Positions 10,460 to 20,779 are shown, counted from the first letter of the stretch. The stretch: 64,000 bases of DNA from an uncultured Eubacteriales bacterium (GCA_934692675.1 CAKUUD010000002.1:173036-237035), one strand, 5' to 3'. The notes: generated by a model from the sequence alone, not told the origin. Made by a program: numbers and translations.

Positions 10460-10545
10460 TTATAATTATTTTTGAAATTTATTTCATATTGTATTATACT
10501 ATAAGAATTGAGATTATAAACAAATTCGGAAGGAGATTTTTTGAA

Positions 10546-10959
10546 TTGGAATATACAGAGTTGTTAATACGCAAAGCTTTGGAATCACGTGAAAACGCTT
10601 ATACACCCTATTCGCATTTTAAAGTAGGTGCAGCACTTATTACAGATGATGATAAAATTTATGGGGGTTTTAATATAGAGTGTGCGGCCTATTCCGTGTG
10701 TAATTGCGCGGAAAGAACTGCTTTATTTAGAGCTGTATACGATGGTTACAAAAACTTCAAAGCCATTGCAGTAGTCGGAGGGAAAGAAGGTCAAGATATA
10801 GATTCTTACGCTCCTCCGTGCGGAATGTGCCGACAAGCGCTAAGAGAATTTGTAGATCCCAAAGAATTTAATGTTATACTAGCAAAAAATGAAAATGATT
10901 TTGAAATTTATACACTCGAAGATTTGCTGCCAGTTAGTTTTGGTCCGAGCAATCTGTAG
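10546..10959 (+). CDS. cdd: Cytidine deaminase
   Basis: CAERTALF and PCGMCRQ zinc-binding motifs; probable TTG start at 10546 preceded by AGGAG (ORF-track start 10399 is an upstream extension). Confidence 0.85.
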   Translation: MEYTELLIRKALESRENAYTPYSHFKVGAALITDDDKIYGGFNIECAAYSVCNCAERTALFRAVYDGYKNFKAIAVVGGKEGQDIDSYAPPCGMCRQALREFVDPKEFNVILAKNENDFEIYTLEDLLPVSFGPSNL

Positions 10960-10986
10960 TATAGATGTAAATTGGAGGAAATACTG

Positions 10987-11799
10987 TTGAATTTAAAAGA
11001 AAAATGCATTGAAATAAGAAAGAGCATCTTGACAGAGATAGGTACTTTAGGTGTAGGACACTTGGGTGGCTCTCTTTCTATAGTTGAATTGCTCGTGACT
11101 TTATATAATAATCACATGAATATAGACCCTAAAGACCCTAAAAAAGAAGGAAGAGACAGATTAGTAGTATCGAAAGGCCATAGTGGTCCTGCGATTTACG
11201 CTGTTCTTGCTGATTTAGGCTATTTTCCTAAAGATTGGTTATTAACTCTTAATAAGCCCGGAACTAATTTACCCAGTCACTGTGATATGAATCGTACCCC
11301 CGGAATTGACATGACCACCGGATCTTTAGGTCAAGGCTTTTCTTGTGCCGTTGGAATAGCTCTTGCTTCAAAATTAAAATCCGATGGCGCTAAAATTTAC
11401 ACCATCATAGGCGACGGAGAAACTCAAGAAGGTCAAATTTGGGAAGCTGCTATGTTTGCTTCTCATAAAAATTTGAATAATTTAATTGCTTTTACAGATT
11501 ATAATAAGCTCCAGTTAGATGGAGAGGTAAAGGATATCTGCGGAATAGAACCACTCGATAAAAAATGGGAAGCTTTTGGATGGAACGTTTGGACAGTAGA
11601 TGACGGAAACGATTGCGAAAAGATAAACGAGGCTATCTTGGAATCGAAAAATTCCGATAAGCCCGTAATGATAATACTTAATACAGTGAAAGGCTCCGGA
11701 ATCAAATTTGCAGAAGATGCTGGGGTTTCGAATCATAGCATGAACGTAAGTAAAGAAATGTTTGAAAAGGGCATGCAGGAATTGGGAGGCAAATGTTAA
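10987..11799 (+). CDS. Transketolase, N-terminal (TPP-binding) subunit
   Basis: GHLGGSLS, GDGE...EG motifs; split transketolase typical of anaerobes; probable TTG start at 10987 after GGAGGAA. Confidence 0.9.
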   Translation: MNLKEKCIEIRKSILTEIGTLGVGHLGGSLSIVELLVTLYNNHMNIDPKDPKKEGRDRLVVSKGHSGPAIYAVLADLGYFPKDWLLTLNKPGTNLPSHCDMNRTPGIDMTTGSLGQGFSCAVGIALASKLKSDGAKIYTIIGDGETQEGQIWEAAMFASHKNLNNLIAFTDYNKLQLDGEVKDICGIEPLDKKWEAFGWNVWTVDDGNDCEKINEAILESKNSDKPVMIILNTVKGSGIKFAEDAGVSNHSMNVSKEMFEKGMQELGGKC

Positions 11800-12728
11800 T
11801 GGAAATGAGAGAGCTTTTTTCAAATGAAATTGAAAAAATAATGAACGAAAATGATAATATAGTAATTTTAAATGCAGACTTAGCTAAACCAAATGGATTT
11901 GGAAATTTACAAAAAAAATACCCCGAGAAAGTTATTAATGTCGGAATAGCAGAACAAAATATGGCATGTATTGCCGCCGGCATGAGTAGCTATGGTTATA
12001 TTCCATTTATTTGCACTTTCACGCCTTTTGCTTCAAGGAGAATATGCGATCAAATCGCAATATCCATTTGTTATGCAAAACAAAACGTGAAAATAATAGG
12101 AACAGATCCTGGAATAAGTGCCGAATACAACGGTGGAACTCACATGAGTATGGAAGATATAGGGGTGCTCAGAAGTATACCTAATATGGTAATATTTGAG
12201 CCTGTTGATAATAATCAGCTGAAGAATTTATTGCCTCAAATTATTGATTATAAGGGTCCAGTATATATTAGAATGTTTAGAAAAACTACTCCGGATATAT
12301 TCAATGAAGATGAAAAATTCAATTTATTTAAATCTAAAGTTATTAAGTCGGGCGAAGATGTAAGTATTTTTTGCTCTGGCATTATGGTATCGGAAGTACT
12401 GGAAGCAAATAAAGAACTTGAAAAATTGGGCATAAATGCAGAAATAATTAACGTTCATACGATTAAGCCTCTTGACGAAGAAACTGTTATAAATTCTGCC
12501 AAAAAGACAAAAGCGGTAGTTACTGCCGAAAACCATAACATAATAGGCGGTCTGAGATCTGCTGTTGCTGAAACTCTTAGTGAAAATTGTCCTGTTCCTT
12601 TGAGGAGCATCGGTGTACGTGATACGTTTGGTCAAGTTGGAAAGATGCCGTTTTTGAAAGAAACTTATAATATGACTTCTGGAGATATTGTGAATGCAGT
12701 TTTATCAGTTTTGAAGATGAAAAAATAA
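11799..12728 (+). CDS. Transketolase, C-terminal (pyrimidine-binding) subunit
   Basis: 311 aa, follows the N-terminal subunit with start/stop overlap. Confidence 0.9.
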   Translation: MEMRELFSNEIEKIMNENDNIVILNADLAKPNGFGNLQKKYPEKVINVGIAEQNMACIAAGMSSYGYIPFICTFTPFASRRICDQIAISICYAKQNVKIIGTDPGISAEYNGGTHMSMEDIGVLRSIPNMVIFEPVDNNQLKNLLPQIIDYKGPVYIRMFRKTTPDIFNEDEKFNLFKSKVIKSGEDVSIFCSGIMVSEVLEANKELEKLGINAEIINVHTIKPLDEETVINSAKKTKAVVTAENHNIIGGLRSAVAETLSENCPVPLRSIGVRDTFGQVGKMPFLKETYNMTSGDIVNAVLSVLKMKK

Positions 12729-12814
12729 TCTTTATATATTGAAATATTTATAAGAAAGTTGTAAAATAATTATCGTTATTTTGTTTTACGTATAACGGAT
12801 TTCCGGATATAGGA

Positions 12815-13849
12815 GTGAATTTCTTGGATAATGTTTGTTGCGTTATTTTAGCAGCCGGAGAAGGAAAAAGGATGAAATCCAATATTCCTAAGGTTCTGTC
12901 TTCGGTGCTTTTTGAGCCCATGGTAGGTTGGGTAGTTAATGCAGTAGTAAAAAGTAATATAAGTAATATCTGCGTGGTTACAGGGTATAAGCACGAACTG
13001 GTTCAAAAGTATCTTGAAGGCTTAGAACACAATTTAGAAAGTGTCATACAGGAAGAAAGAAAAGGTACTGCTCATGCCGTTATGACTGCGGGAGATTTTT
13101 TGAAAAAGCATATAGATGGTGACGTTTTGATTTTGGGAGGCGATGCTCCGTTCATCGACAAAGCCACCATAATAAAAGCTTATAAAATTCATAAAAATTC
13201 AAATAATTCTGCTACCATTATTTCTTCCAGGATAGAGAATCCCACGGGCTACGGTAGAATTATAAGAGAACAAAAAGATTATAATGTCGAGGCGATAGTT
13301 GAAGAAAAAGATGCCACATTTAGCCAGAAATCAATAAAAGAAATAAATTCAGGAGCATATTGGTTTAAAGTAAGGGATTTGTTGGAATTTATTTACAGCG
13401 TGACTGATAATACTTCGCAGAATGAATTTTATTTGACTTCTGTTATAGAGCTTCTAATTAAGGGTGGAAAAAGAGTTGACGCATTTGAAGCTTCTTCTCC
13501 CGATGTGGCTTTAGGAGCAAATGACACGTGCCAACTTCAAAAATTAAATGAAATCGCGCGCAAAAAAGTTTTGGATGGCCTAATTGAAAATGGAGTTAAA
13601 ATTCCATGCACAGACGGTATAATTGTTGGAAGGTGGGTTCAAGTAGGTTCAGGAACCACGATTTTACCCAGCACAATACTTACCGGCAAAACTATAATTG
13701 GTAGAGAATGCATTATAGGTCCTTGCACTCAGATTATTGATTCTTCAATAGGTGATAACACAGTGGTTAATAACAGTTATTGTAAGAGCAGCGTTATTAA
13801 AGATAATCAGAAAATCGGACCGTTTGCATCTTTTTATAAAATTAAGTAA
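12815..13849 (+). CDS. glmU: GlmU-like UDP-GlcNAc pyrophosphorylase, C-terminally short (344 aa; only about 80 aa of left-handed beta-helix)
   Basis: N-terminal ILAAGEGKRM...PKVL and GTAHAV motifs; conserved glmU-prs-pth synteny; stop codon about 110 aa earlier than canonical GlmU. Confidence 0.7.
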   Translation: MNFLDNVCCVILAAGEGKRMKSNIPKVLSSVLFEPMVGWVVNAVVKSNISNICVVTGYKHELVQKYLEGLEHNLESVIQEERKGTAHAVMTAGDFLKKHIDGDVLILGGDAPFIDKATIIKAYKIHKNSNNSATIISSRIENPTGYGRIIREQKDYNVEAIVEEKDATFSQKSIKEINSGAYWFKVRDLLEFIYSVTDNTSQNEFYLTSVIELLIKGGKRVDAFEASSPDVALGANDTCQLQKLNEIARKKVLDGLIENGVKIPCTDGIIVGRWVQVGSGTTILPSTILTGKTIIGRECIIGPCTQIIDSSIGDNTVVNNSYCKSSVIKDNQKIGPFASFYKIK

Positions 13850-13899
13850 AGCGTAAATTTGCTTTGCAGATGTTAAAAATAATAAAGGAGAGATAAAAT

Positions 13900-14862
13900 A
13901 TGGAATGTCAGGGGCGAGATTTAAGAATTTTTTCAGCCAATTCAAATCCAAATTTAGCTAAGGATATAGCAAAAGAACTAGGGTGTGAACTAGGAAAATC
14001 AGAAGTTAAACGTTTTAGCGATGGTGAAATTTCTGTTTCTATTCATGAATCCGTAAGAGGTGCGGATTGCTTTATAGTTCAATCTACTTGTGACCCGGTA
14101 AATGATAATCTTATGGAACTTCTTTTGATGATTGATGCAGTTAAGAGAGCGTCGGCTGCAAGAATTACTGCGGTTATACCTTATTTTGGATACGCTCGTC
14201 AAGACCGTAAAGCCAAACCCCGTGATCCTATTTCGGCCAAATTGGTTGCTGATTTAATTACGACTGCAGGTGCAGACAGAATACTCACCATGGAGCTACA
14301 CACTTTGCAAATTCAAGGATTTTTCGACATTCCGGTAGACCACATAATTGCGGCTCCTATTTTTGCTTCATTTATAAAAGAAGTTGATGGATTTAATCCG
14401 GAAGAATTCACTGTTTTGGCTCCAGATTTAGGTTCGATTTCCAGAGCAAGACAATTTGCCACAAGGCTCGGGTGCCCATTGGCTCTCATAGATAAGCGCA
14501 GACCTAAGGCAAATGTAAGCCAAGTAATGAACATCATCGGTGATGTAAAAGGAAAGAAAATTATCCTTGTAGATGATATTATGGACACTGCGGGCACAAT
14601 TTGTAATGCAGCAAATGCAGTTGTTGAAAAAGGCGGCGCAAAAGAGGTATATGCCTATGTTGCTCACGCTGTGCTTTCCGGTAAGGCAAAAGAAAATTTG
14701 AAAAACAGCTATATAAAGAAGCTCATAGCACTAAACACAATAGATATTCCTGAAGAAAAAATGCTTGATAAATTTACAGTTCTCAATGTTGCTCCGATAC
14801 TTTCAGAAGCAATTAAGAGGGTAAACAGCGATAGACCTATTTCTACAATGATTTTAGAATAA
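13900..14862 (+). CDS. prs: Ribose-phosphate pyrophosphokinase
   Basis: 320 aa; PRPP synthetase motifs (DLHTLQIQGFFDIPVDH, VDDIMDTAGT). Confidence 0.9.
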   Translation: MECQGRDLRIFSANSNPNLAKDIAKELGCELGKSEVKRFSDGEISVSIHESVRGADCFIVQSTCDPVNDNLMELLLMIDAVKRASAARITAVIPYFGYARQDRKAKPRDPISAKLVADLITTAGADRILTMELHTLQIQGFFDIPVDHIIAAPIFASFIKEVDGFNPEEFTVLAPDLGSISRARQFATRLGCPLALIDKRRPKANVSQVMNIIGDVKGKKIILVDDIMDTAGTICNAANAVVEKGGAKEVYAYVAHAVLSGKAKENLKNSYIKKLIALNTIDIPEEKMLDKFTVLNVAPILSEAIKRVNSDRPISTMILE

Positions 14863-14875
14863 TTGCGGTAATATT

Positions 14876-15448
14876 ATGAATTCGATCGATTATATTGTAG
14901 TGGGACTTGGAAATCCGGATAAAAAGTATGAAAGTACTAGGCACAACACCGGGTTTATGGTCGTAGATTATATAGCAAAAAAATTGAACGCAAAAATGAC
15001 CACTGATAAATTCAGTGGTCTGTGTTCGTCAGTTATTTGGAATGGCAAGAAAATTTTATTGTTGAAACCTCAAACATATATGAATCTCAGTGGAAAATCA
15101 GTTTTATCAGCAATGTCTTTTTATAAAGTCAAGCCGGATAATATTATTCTTATTTTTGATGACATATCATTGCCCGTCGGAAAAATGAGAATAAGAAAAA
15201 AAGGCTCGCATGGTGGACAAAATGGAGTGAAGAATATAATTGCTCTTTGCGGGTCTGATAAGTTTCCGCGGATAAAAATCGGAATCGGGAGCAAACCTAA
15301 TGAAAACTGGGATTTGGCAGATTGGGTGTTGTCAAAATTTTCAAAAACTGAAGTGGACTCTATAAATGAAATGTCTGAATGCGCATATGAAGCGTTGGAA
15401 ATGATAATTTCGGATAAGATCGATGAAGCAATGAATAAATTTAATTAA
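14876..15448 (+). CDS. pth: Peptidyl-tRNA hydrolase
   Basis: IVGLGNPDKKYESTRHNTGF N-terminal signature; synteny after prs. Confidence 0.9.
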   Translation: MNSIDYIVVGLGNPDKKYESTRHNTGFMVVDYIAKKLNAKMTTDKFSGLCSSVIWNGKKILLLKPQTYMNLSGKSVLSAMSFYKVKPDNIILIFDDISLPVGKMRIRKKGSHGGQNGVKNIIALCGSDKFPRIKIGIGSKPNENWDLADWVLSKFSKTEVDSINEMSECAYEALEMIISDKIDEAMNKFN

Positions 15449-15497
15449 TGGTGGTGATTAAAAGAGTAACAGTGAGCAGTTTTAGCTCATTATCTCT

Positions 15498-16298
15498 TTG
15501 ATGAAAAAGCGAATAGATGTTATGTTATTTGAAAAAAATTTCGCAAGCAGCCGGGAAAAGGCAAGGAGCTTAATTACCGATAGGCTTGTTTTTGTAAATG
15601 GTAAAGAAGTAAAAAAGTTTAGTGAAAAATATGATGAGGACGAAGCGATTGAAATCAAGCCCGGGGGACTTCCTTATGTTAGCCGTGGCGGATTGAAATT
15701 AGAAAAAGCTCTTAAAAATTTCAATATAGACTTATCGGGAAAAATCTCTATGGACGTAGGAGCGTCTACAGGCGGATTTACGGATTGTATGCTCATGAAT
15801 GGATGCGATAAAGTCTATAGCGTGGATGTTGGGCATGATCAGCTTAATAAAAAATTACTTAATGATGCAAGAGTTGTAAATTTAGAAAAAACTAACATAA
15901 GAAACATAGAGCCTTCTTTAGTAAAAGATAGGATTACATTTTTTACTGTGGACGTTTCGTTTATTTCATTAACATTGGTTATGGAGCCAATAAGAAATAT
16001 TATCGAAACCGGCGCAATCGGCGTTTGTCTGATTAAACCTCAGTTTGAAGTCGGTAAAGAAAACATAGGTAAAAATGGGATTGTTAAAGATAAAAAACTT
16101 CATATTTTCGCTATAAATAAAGTATGCGATTTTTGCGTTGAAAATGGTTTTGCTGTTTTGGCGCTTGATTATTCTCCGATAAAAGGTCCGGAAGGAAACA
16201 TTGAATATCTTGTTCTTGTAAAAAAATCTGAAACTCCTTATATTGATGAATTTGTTGATATTGAAAATGTGGTTGAGGATTCTCATGAGAAATTATGA
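15498..16298 (+). CDS. tlyA: TlyA-family rRNA 2'-O-methyltransferase (S4 + FtsJ domains)
   Basis: S4-like N-terminus, SAM motif DVGASTGGFTD. Confidence 0.8.
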   Translation: MMKKRIDVMLFEKNFASSREKARSLITDRLVFVNGKEVKKFSEKYDEDEAIEIKPGGLPYVSRGGLKLEKALKNFNIDLSGKISMDVGASTGGFTDCMLMNGCDKVYSVDVGHDQLNKKLLNDARVVNLEKTNIRNIEPSLVKDRITFFTVDVSFISLTLVMEPIRNIIETGAIGVCLIKPQFEVGKENIGKNGIVKDKKLHIFAINKVCDFCVENGFAVLALDYSPIKGPEGNIEYLVLVKKSETPYIDEFVDIENVVEDSHEKL

Positions 16299-16304
16299 TT
16301 TTAG

Positions 16305-17159
16305 GTGTGTTTCATGAAAAAAATAGCTATTGTTTATAGTTCGCATAAAGAACAAATTTCAGAATATTTAATTAAAGTTATAAGGGAACTTCTGAAATAC
16401 AATTTAGAAGTAAGCGTTTTGCGTAATGGACTAATAGATTTAATTGACTTGAAATTAAATTATGAGAATAATTTGGATGACCTTATGAAAAATTGTGATT
16501 TGGTTCTTATTTTAGGTGGGGACGGAACTATCATGCACTTTGCTAAATTAGCTGCAAGGTATAATAAATACATACTGGGAGTAAATGCAGGAAGGATAGG
16601 ATTTCTTTCGTCCATTGAAATAAATCAAATAGATAAAATTTTTAATATTGTTAATGGCAATTTTAATGTAGACAGACGAACAATGTTTGAAGTGAGTTAT
16701 GGCGACAAGTCCAAAATTATTTTGAATGAAGTATCTTTGAATAGAAATCTTCAGTCCAGAATTTCGGATTACGAAATATATGAAAAAGAAAAGTTGGTGT
16801 GTAATTATCGTTCCGATGGGGTGATTATTTCTACTCCCACAGGCTCTACAGCGTATTCTTTTTCTGCCGGAGGGCCCATTGTCCATCCAAATATGAATTG
16901 TGCGATAATAACTCCTGTGTGTCCTTATTCTATTTTTTCTAGGAGCTTAATTCTTCCTGGGGATGAAAAAATAATTTTAAAATATCGTTCAATTAATGCG
17001 GGAGATATTGTAATATCGTTTGATGGTGTAAGCGAAAGTTTAAATTCAAAAAGTGGGGAAATTTGTATCAAAAGAGCCCCGATTGATGCTAATTTTATAA
17101 ATTTTGAAAATCATAACTTTTATAGCATAGACAGAAAAATATTAGATAAAATGGTTTGA
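16305..17159 (+). CDS. nadK: NAD+ kinase
   Basis: GGDGT motif, NEVSLNR, DGVIISTPTGSTAYSFSAGGPIV; ATG at 16314 may be the true start. Confidence 0.85.
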   Translation: MCFMKKIAIVYSSHKEQISEYLIKVIRELLKYNLEVSVLRNGLIDLIDLKLNYENNLDDLMKNCDLVLILGGDGTIMHFAKLAARYNKYILGVNAGRIGFLSSIEINQIDKIFNIVNGNFNVDRRTMFEVSYGDKSKIILNEVSLNRNLQSRISDYEIYEKEKLVCNYRSDGVIISTPTGSTAYSFSAGGPIVHPNMNCAIITPVCPYSIFSRSLILPGDEKIILKYRSINAGDIVISFDGVSESLNSKSGEICIKRAPIDANFINFENHNFYSIDRKILDKMV

Positions 17160-17198
17160 CTTTGGAGGGAGGAAGCTTAAATTTTTTAAGCGCTTATT

Positions 17199-17768
17199 AT
17201 GAAATTTATTCCTGTGGAAGTTTCAGCAAGACATATTCACCTGTCAAAAGACGTAAGTGATGCAATATTCGGTGAAAATTATGAATTTAATAAGAAAAAA
17301 GATTTATCTCAGCCGGGACAGTTTGCTTGTTTTGAAAAGGTAACTATTAAGAGTGAAAAAAGTGAAATTAAAAATGTAACTGTTCTTGGCCCTTTTAGAA
17401 AAAAGACTCAGATTGAAATATCCTTAACTGATGCACGAAAATTGGGAGTATTTCCTCCAATAAGAGAATCCGGCGACTTGGAAAATTCTTCCGGATGCAA
17501 AATTATAGGACCAAATGGTGAGTTTTTGATATCCGAAGGACTTATAATTGCTAAAAGGCACATTCATATGTCCCCTGAAGATGCAAAGAATTTTTATGTA
17601 AAAGATAACCAAATTGTTAAAGTTCTGATGGAAAGCAATGAAAGAAAAACCATTTATGATGATGTAGTGATTAGGGTGAGCGAAAAATTTTCGTTAGCTA
17701 TGCACATTGATACGGATGAAGGAAACGCAATTAACTTTTCTCCTGACATTAAAGCTTCAATAATTTAA
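17199..17768 (+). CDS. pduL: PduL-family phosphate acyltransferase (orphan, not in a microcompartment locus)
   Basis: Two repeats of the ARHIHxS motif (SARHIHLS, AKRHIHMS); 189 aa. Confidence 0.7.
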   Translation: MKFIPVEVSARHIHLSKDVSDAIFGENYEFNKKKDLSQPGQFACFEKVTIKSEKSEIKNVTVLGPFRKKTQIEISLTDARKLGVFPPIRESGDLENSSGCKIIGPNGEFLISEGLIIAKRHIHMSPEDAKNFYVKDNQIVKVLMESNERKTIYDDVVIRVSEKFSLAMHIDTDEGNAINFSPDIKASII

Positions 17769-17940
17769 GTCAAAATTAATCATAAAATAGTGTAAAATTC
17801 AAAAAAATATATTAAAACTTACAAAAAATGTCGAATAATAATTTTTGGTATTGATTTACATATTAAACAGTAGTAATCTACTGAGATGTAGCGATTAAAA
17901 TTGACAGATTTGTTGTCACTGTAGAAAGAGGAGTATAATT

Positions 17941-18870
17941 TTGGAATTTAGCCACAAGACTGTTTTATTAAATGAAACCGTTAAAGTCTTAGATATAAAA
18001 CCCGATGGTGTATATGTAGATGGTACGGCAGGCGGTGGAGGGCTATCTTACGAAATTGCTTCGAAATTATCTGACAATGGAAAGCTCATATGCATAGACC
18101 AAGACCCTGATGCTATTGAAGTTTGTAAAAAGCGTTTGGGAAGTTTTAAAAATGTCGCCGTTGTAAAAGGAAATTTTTCTGAAATGGCTGACATAGTACA
18201 TAGTTTAGGATATGATTTTGTTGACGGTGTAGTCTTGGATATAGGCGTATCTTCTTATCAATTGGATGCTGCAGATAGAGGCTTTTCTTACAACAAAGAA
18301 GCGGTACTAGATATGAGGATGAGCAAATCCGGGGAATCCGCCTATGACGTGGTGAATTTTTGCGACTATGAAACCCTTAGAAATATCATAAAAGATTATG
18401 GCGAAGAAAAATTTGCCTCTAAAATAGCAAATGCCATAATAAAAGCCAGGTGCAAAAGTTTGATTAAAACCACTACGGAGCTTGCTGAGATAGTAAAAAA
18501 TGCTATCCCTGCATTTTCTAGAAGGAGCGGTGGGCATCCAGCAAAAAGAACTTTTCAAGCACTTAGAATTTACGTTAACAATGAGCTTGAAAATTTATCC
18601 TTGGGACTTGACGGAGCTTTTGAGATTTTAAATAGTGGCGGAAAATTGATTGTTATTACTTTTCATTCTTTGGAAGATAAAATAGTGAAATCCAAGATGA
18701 AAACTTGGTCACAGGGTTGTACATGCCCTTCTGACTTTCCTATATGCGTGTGCGGTAAAAAGCCGCTTTCAAAGATTATTTGTAAGAAAGCTATTAAGCC
18801 CTCAGAAAAAGAAGTAGACGCAAATTTTAGGAGCAGAAGTGCGAAATTGAGAGCCTGTGAAAAATTATAA
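17941..18870 (+). CDS. rsmH: 16S rRNA (cytosine1402-N4)-methyltransferase
   Basis: GVYVDGTAGGGG, DPDA, LDIGVSS motifs; TTG start after AGAGGAG. Confidence 0.9.
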   Translation: MEFSHKTVLLNETVKVLDIKPDGVYVDGTAGGGGLSYEIASKLSDNGKLICIDQDPDAIEVCKKRLGSFKNVAVVKGNFSEMADIVHSLGYDFVDGVVLDIGVSSYQLDAADRGFSYNKEAVLDMRMSKSGESAYDVVNFCDYETLRNIIKDYGEEKFASKIANAIIKARCKSLIKTTTELAEIVKNAIPAFSRRSGGHPAKRTFQALRIYVNNELENLSLGLDGAFEILNSGGKLIVITFHSLEDKIVKSKMKTWSQGCTCPSDFPICVCGKKPLSKIICKKAIKPSEKEVDANFRSRSAKLRACEKL

Positions 18871-18892
18871 AATGTATGGAGATGTTTGCTAA

Positions 18893-19279
18893 ATGTATAA
18901 TAAGAACGCGGCATTTGATGTAATTCCTTCAAAACATGAGAGATATGGTCAGGTAATAAAATTACCGAAAACCTTAGATAGAAAAGCTGAAAAAAGAAAG
19001 TCTATAAGAGCGATGATTTGTTCCGGATTTTCTACATTTTTGGTAGCAGCAATTGGTGTTTCGGTCTATATTTTTGGACAAGCTCAACTTACTGAATATA
19101 CCGATAAAGTTTGTAAAGCTTCAAAACAATTAGAGGAATGTCAGAGCGAAAACATAGCTCTTAGTATGAAATATAAAACTCCTGAATCTCTTGGCGAAAG
19201 TAGTGCGGTGTATGCGGGCGATAATGCAAGTGTTGAGATAATTAGAGTTTCGAGCGAGGATGCCGCTTTGGTTAAATAA
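18893..19279 (+). CDS. ftsL: FtsL/DivIC-like bitopic cell-division protein
   Basis: 128 aa, single TM then coiled coil; position after rsmH. Confidence 0.55.
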   Translation: MYNKNAAFDVIPSKHERYGQVIKLPKTLDRKAEKRKSIRAMICSGFSTFLVAAIGVSVYIFGQAQLTEYTDKVCKASKQLEECQSENIALSMKYKTPESLGESSAVYAGDNASVEIIRVSSEDAALVK

Positions 19280-19555
19280 TTGACATAATTTTATAATATT
19301 TACATAAATAGGGAAGTGCTTTCAAAATTGAAAGTGCTTTTTTGTTGTAAAAAATAGTGCAATTTTTACATAAAAAATTCATATTTACTCAATAAGTGTG
19401 TAAAACGTAATTTTTTGTTTTACTTTCTTTAATTATCTTTAAATAAGGTTGCAAAAAATTAATTAATTGTATATAATTGATAAAAGAATCGGTGATTTAT
19501 CTACATTCTGACAAAAAATTAAATACTAACTTAAAAGAAAGCGAGAGATTGATTA

Positions 19556-20641
19556 ATGTCTAACAGAATATTTCAAAATATAATACGTCAAACTTCTGAT
19601 GTTATGAAGGGAATGGTGGGCGTTATTGATGATTCTTCTGTAATCATTGCTTGCAACGACCCTTCTAAAATAGGCGAAAGTATGAGCTCTGTTAATTCCG
19701 AATTATTTTTGTCTAATGACGCTTTTATATCCGGAAATTACTATTTTAAATCATTCGGAAGCCCTTCTAGCCCAGAATTTGCTGTATTTGTTACTGGAAC
19801 CGATGAATCTGCAGCGAGAGAAGCTGCTATCTTAGCTGTGGCAATGAATAGCGTAAAGCAACATCATGATGAAAAATATGATAAGGTTAATTTTGTAAAG
19901 AATGTACTTTTAGATAATGTTTTGCCGGGTGATATATACTTAAAAGCAAGAGAAATGAAATTCAATGGTGACGTGAATCGTGTTTGTATGATAGTAAAAG
20001 TAATTTCCAAATCCGATGTGTCTCCTTTCGAAGTTATTCAGGGATTGTTCCCGGACAAATCCAAAGATTTTGTTATAAGCATTAATGAAACCGACATTGC
20101 TTTGGTAAAAGAAATCAAAAAAGATACTGATCCGAAGTCACTTGAAAAACTTGCTGCTTCCATAGTAGATACTTTGTCAGGAGAGTATTATACTCATGTT
20201 GTTGTGGGAGTTGGAACTGCTGTTAGTGGAATAAGAGATTTGGCAAGGTCTTTCAAAGAAGCCCAAATTTCAATTGAAGTAGGTAAGGTATTTGATACAG
20301 AAAAGAATGTTATCACATATGACCACTTGGGAATTGCCAGATTGGTTTATCAGTTGCCTACAACTCTTTGTGAAACTTTCTTGAAAGAAGTTTTCAAAAA
20401 AGGCTCTGTTGAAACAATGGATCAAGAAACTTTGTTTACTATTCAGAAATTTTTTGAAAATAGTTTGAACGTTTCCGAAACTTCCAGAAAACTTTTTGTA
20501 CATAGAAATACCCTTGTATACAGATTGGAAAAAATCAAAAAAATTACTGGATTGGATTTGAGAGAATTTGAAGATGCTATAGTATTTAAGGTTGCTCTTA
20601 TGGTTAAAAAGTATTTAATGTCCAACCCTGTTAAATTTTAA
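19556..20641 (+). CDS. PucR/CdaR-family transcriptional regulator (C-terminal HTH)
   Basis: C-terminal ...SETSRKLFVHRNTLVYRLEKIKKITGLDL helix-turn-helix typical of PucR C-terminal domain. Confidence 0.55.
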   Translation: MSNRIFQNIIRQTSDVMKGMVGVIDDSSVIIACNDPSKIGESMSSVNSELFLSNDAFISGNYYFKSFGSPSSPEFAVFVTGTDESAAREAAILAVAMNSVKQHHDEKYDKVNFVKNVLLDNVLPGDIYLKAREMKFNGDVNRVCMIVKVISKSDVSPFEVIQGLFPDKSKDFVISINETDIALVKEIKKDTDPKSLEKLAASIVDTLSGEYYTHVVVGVGTAVSGIRDLARSFKEAQISIEVGKVFDTEKNVITYDHLGIARLVYQLPTTLCETFLKEVFKKGSVETMDQETLFTIQKFFENSLNVSETSRKLFVHRNTLVYRLEKIKKITGLDLREFEDAIVFKVALMVKKYLMSNPVKF

Positions 20642-20779
20642 TAAAAATTTATAAGATAAATTGGGTATTTGTAGAGCAAGATATTTGATTTTATTTATAA
20701 GTTTAAATTTAAATAATTTTTTATTATATGTGTTGCTTCAAGTATTTTACGGCAACACATATTTTAGATAGGAGACATT

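Noticed and set aside
10399-10545. Long N-terminal extension of cytidine deaminase (ORF-track start 10399)
   Set aside because: The extension is AT-rich low-complexity sequence (IIEKFSIIIIFEIYFILYY). A TTG start at 10546 with AGGAG upstream yields a canonical about 137-aa Cdd.
17901-17940. TTGACA ... TATAAT promoter immediately upstream of rsmH
   Set aside because: The two hexamers are 27 nt apart (non-functional spacing). The TATAAT lies inside the RBS-to-start spacer of the TTG-initiated rsmH.
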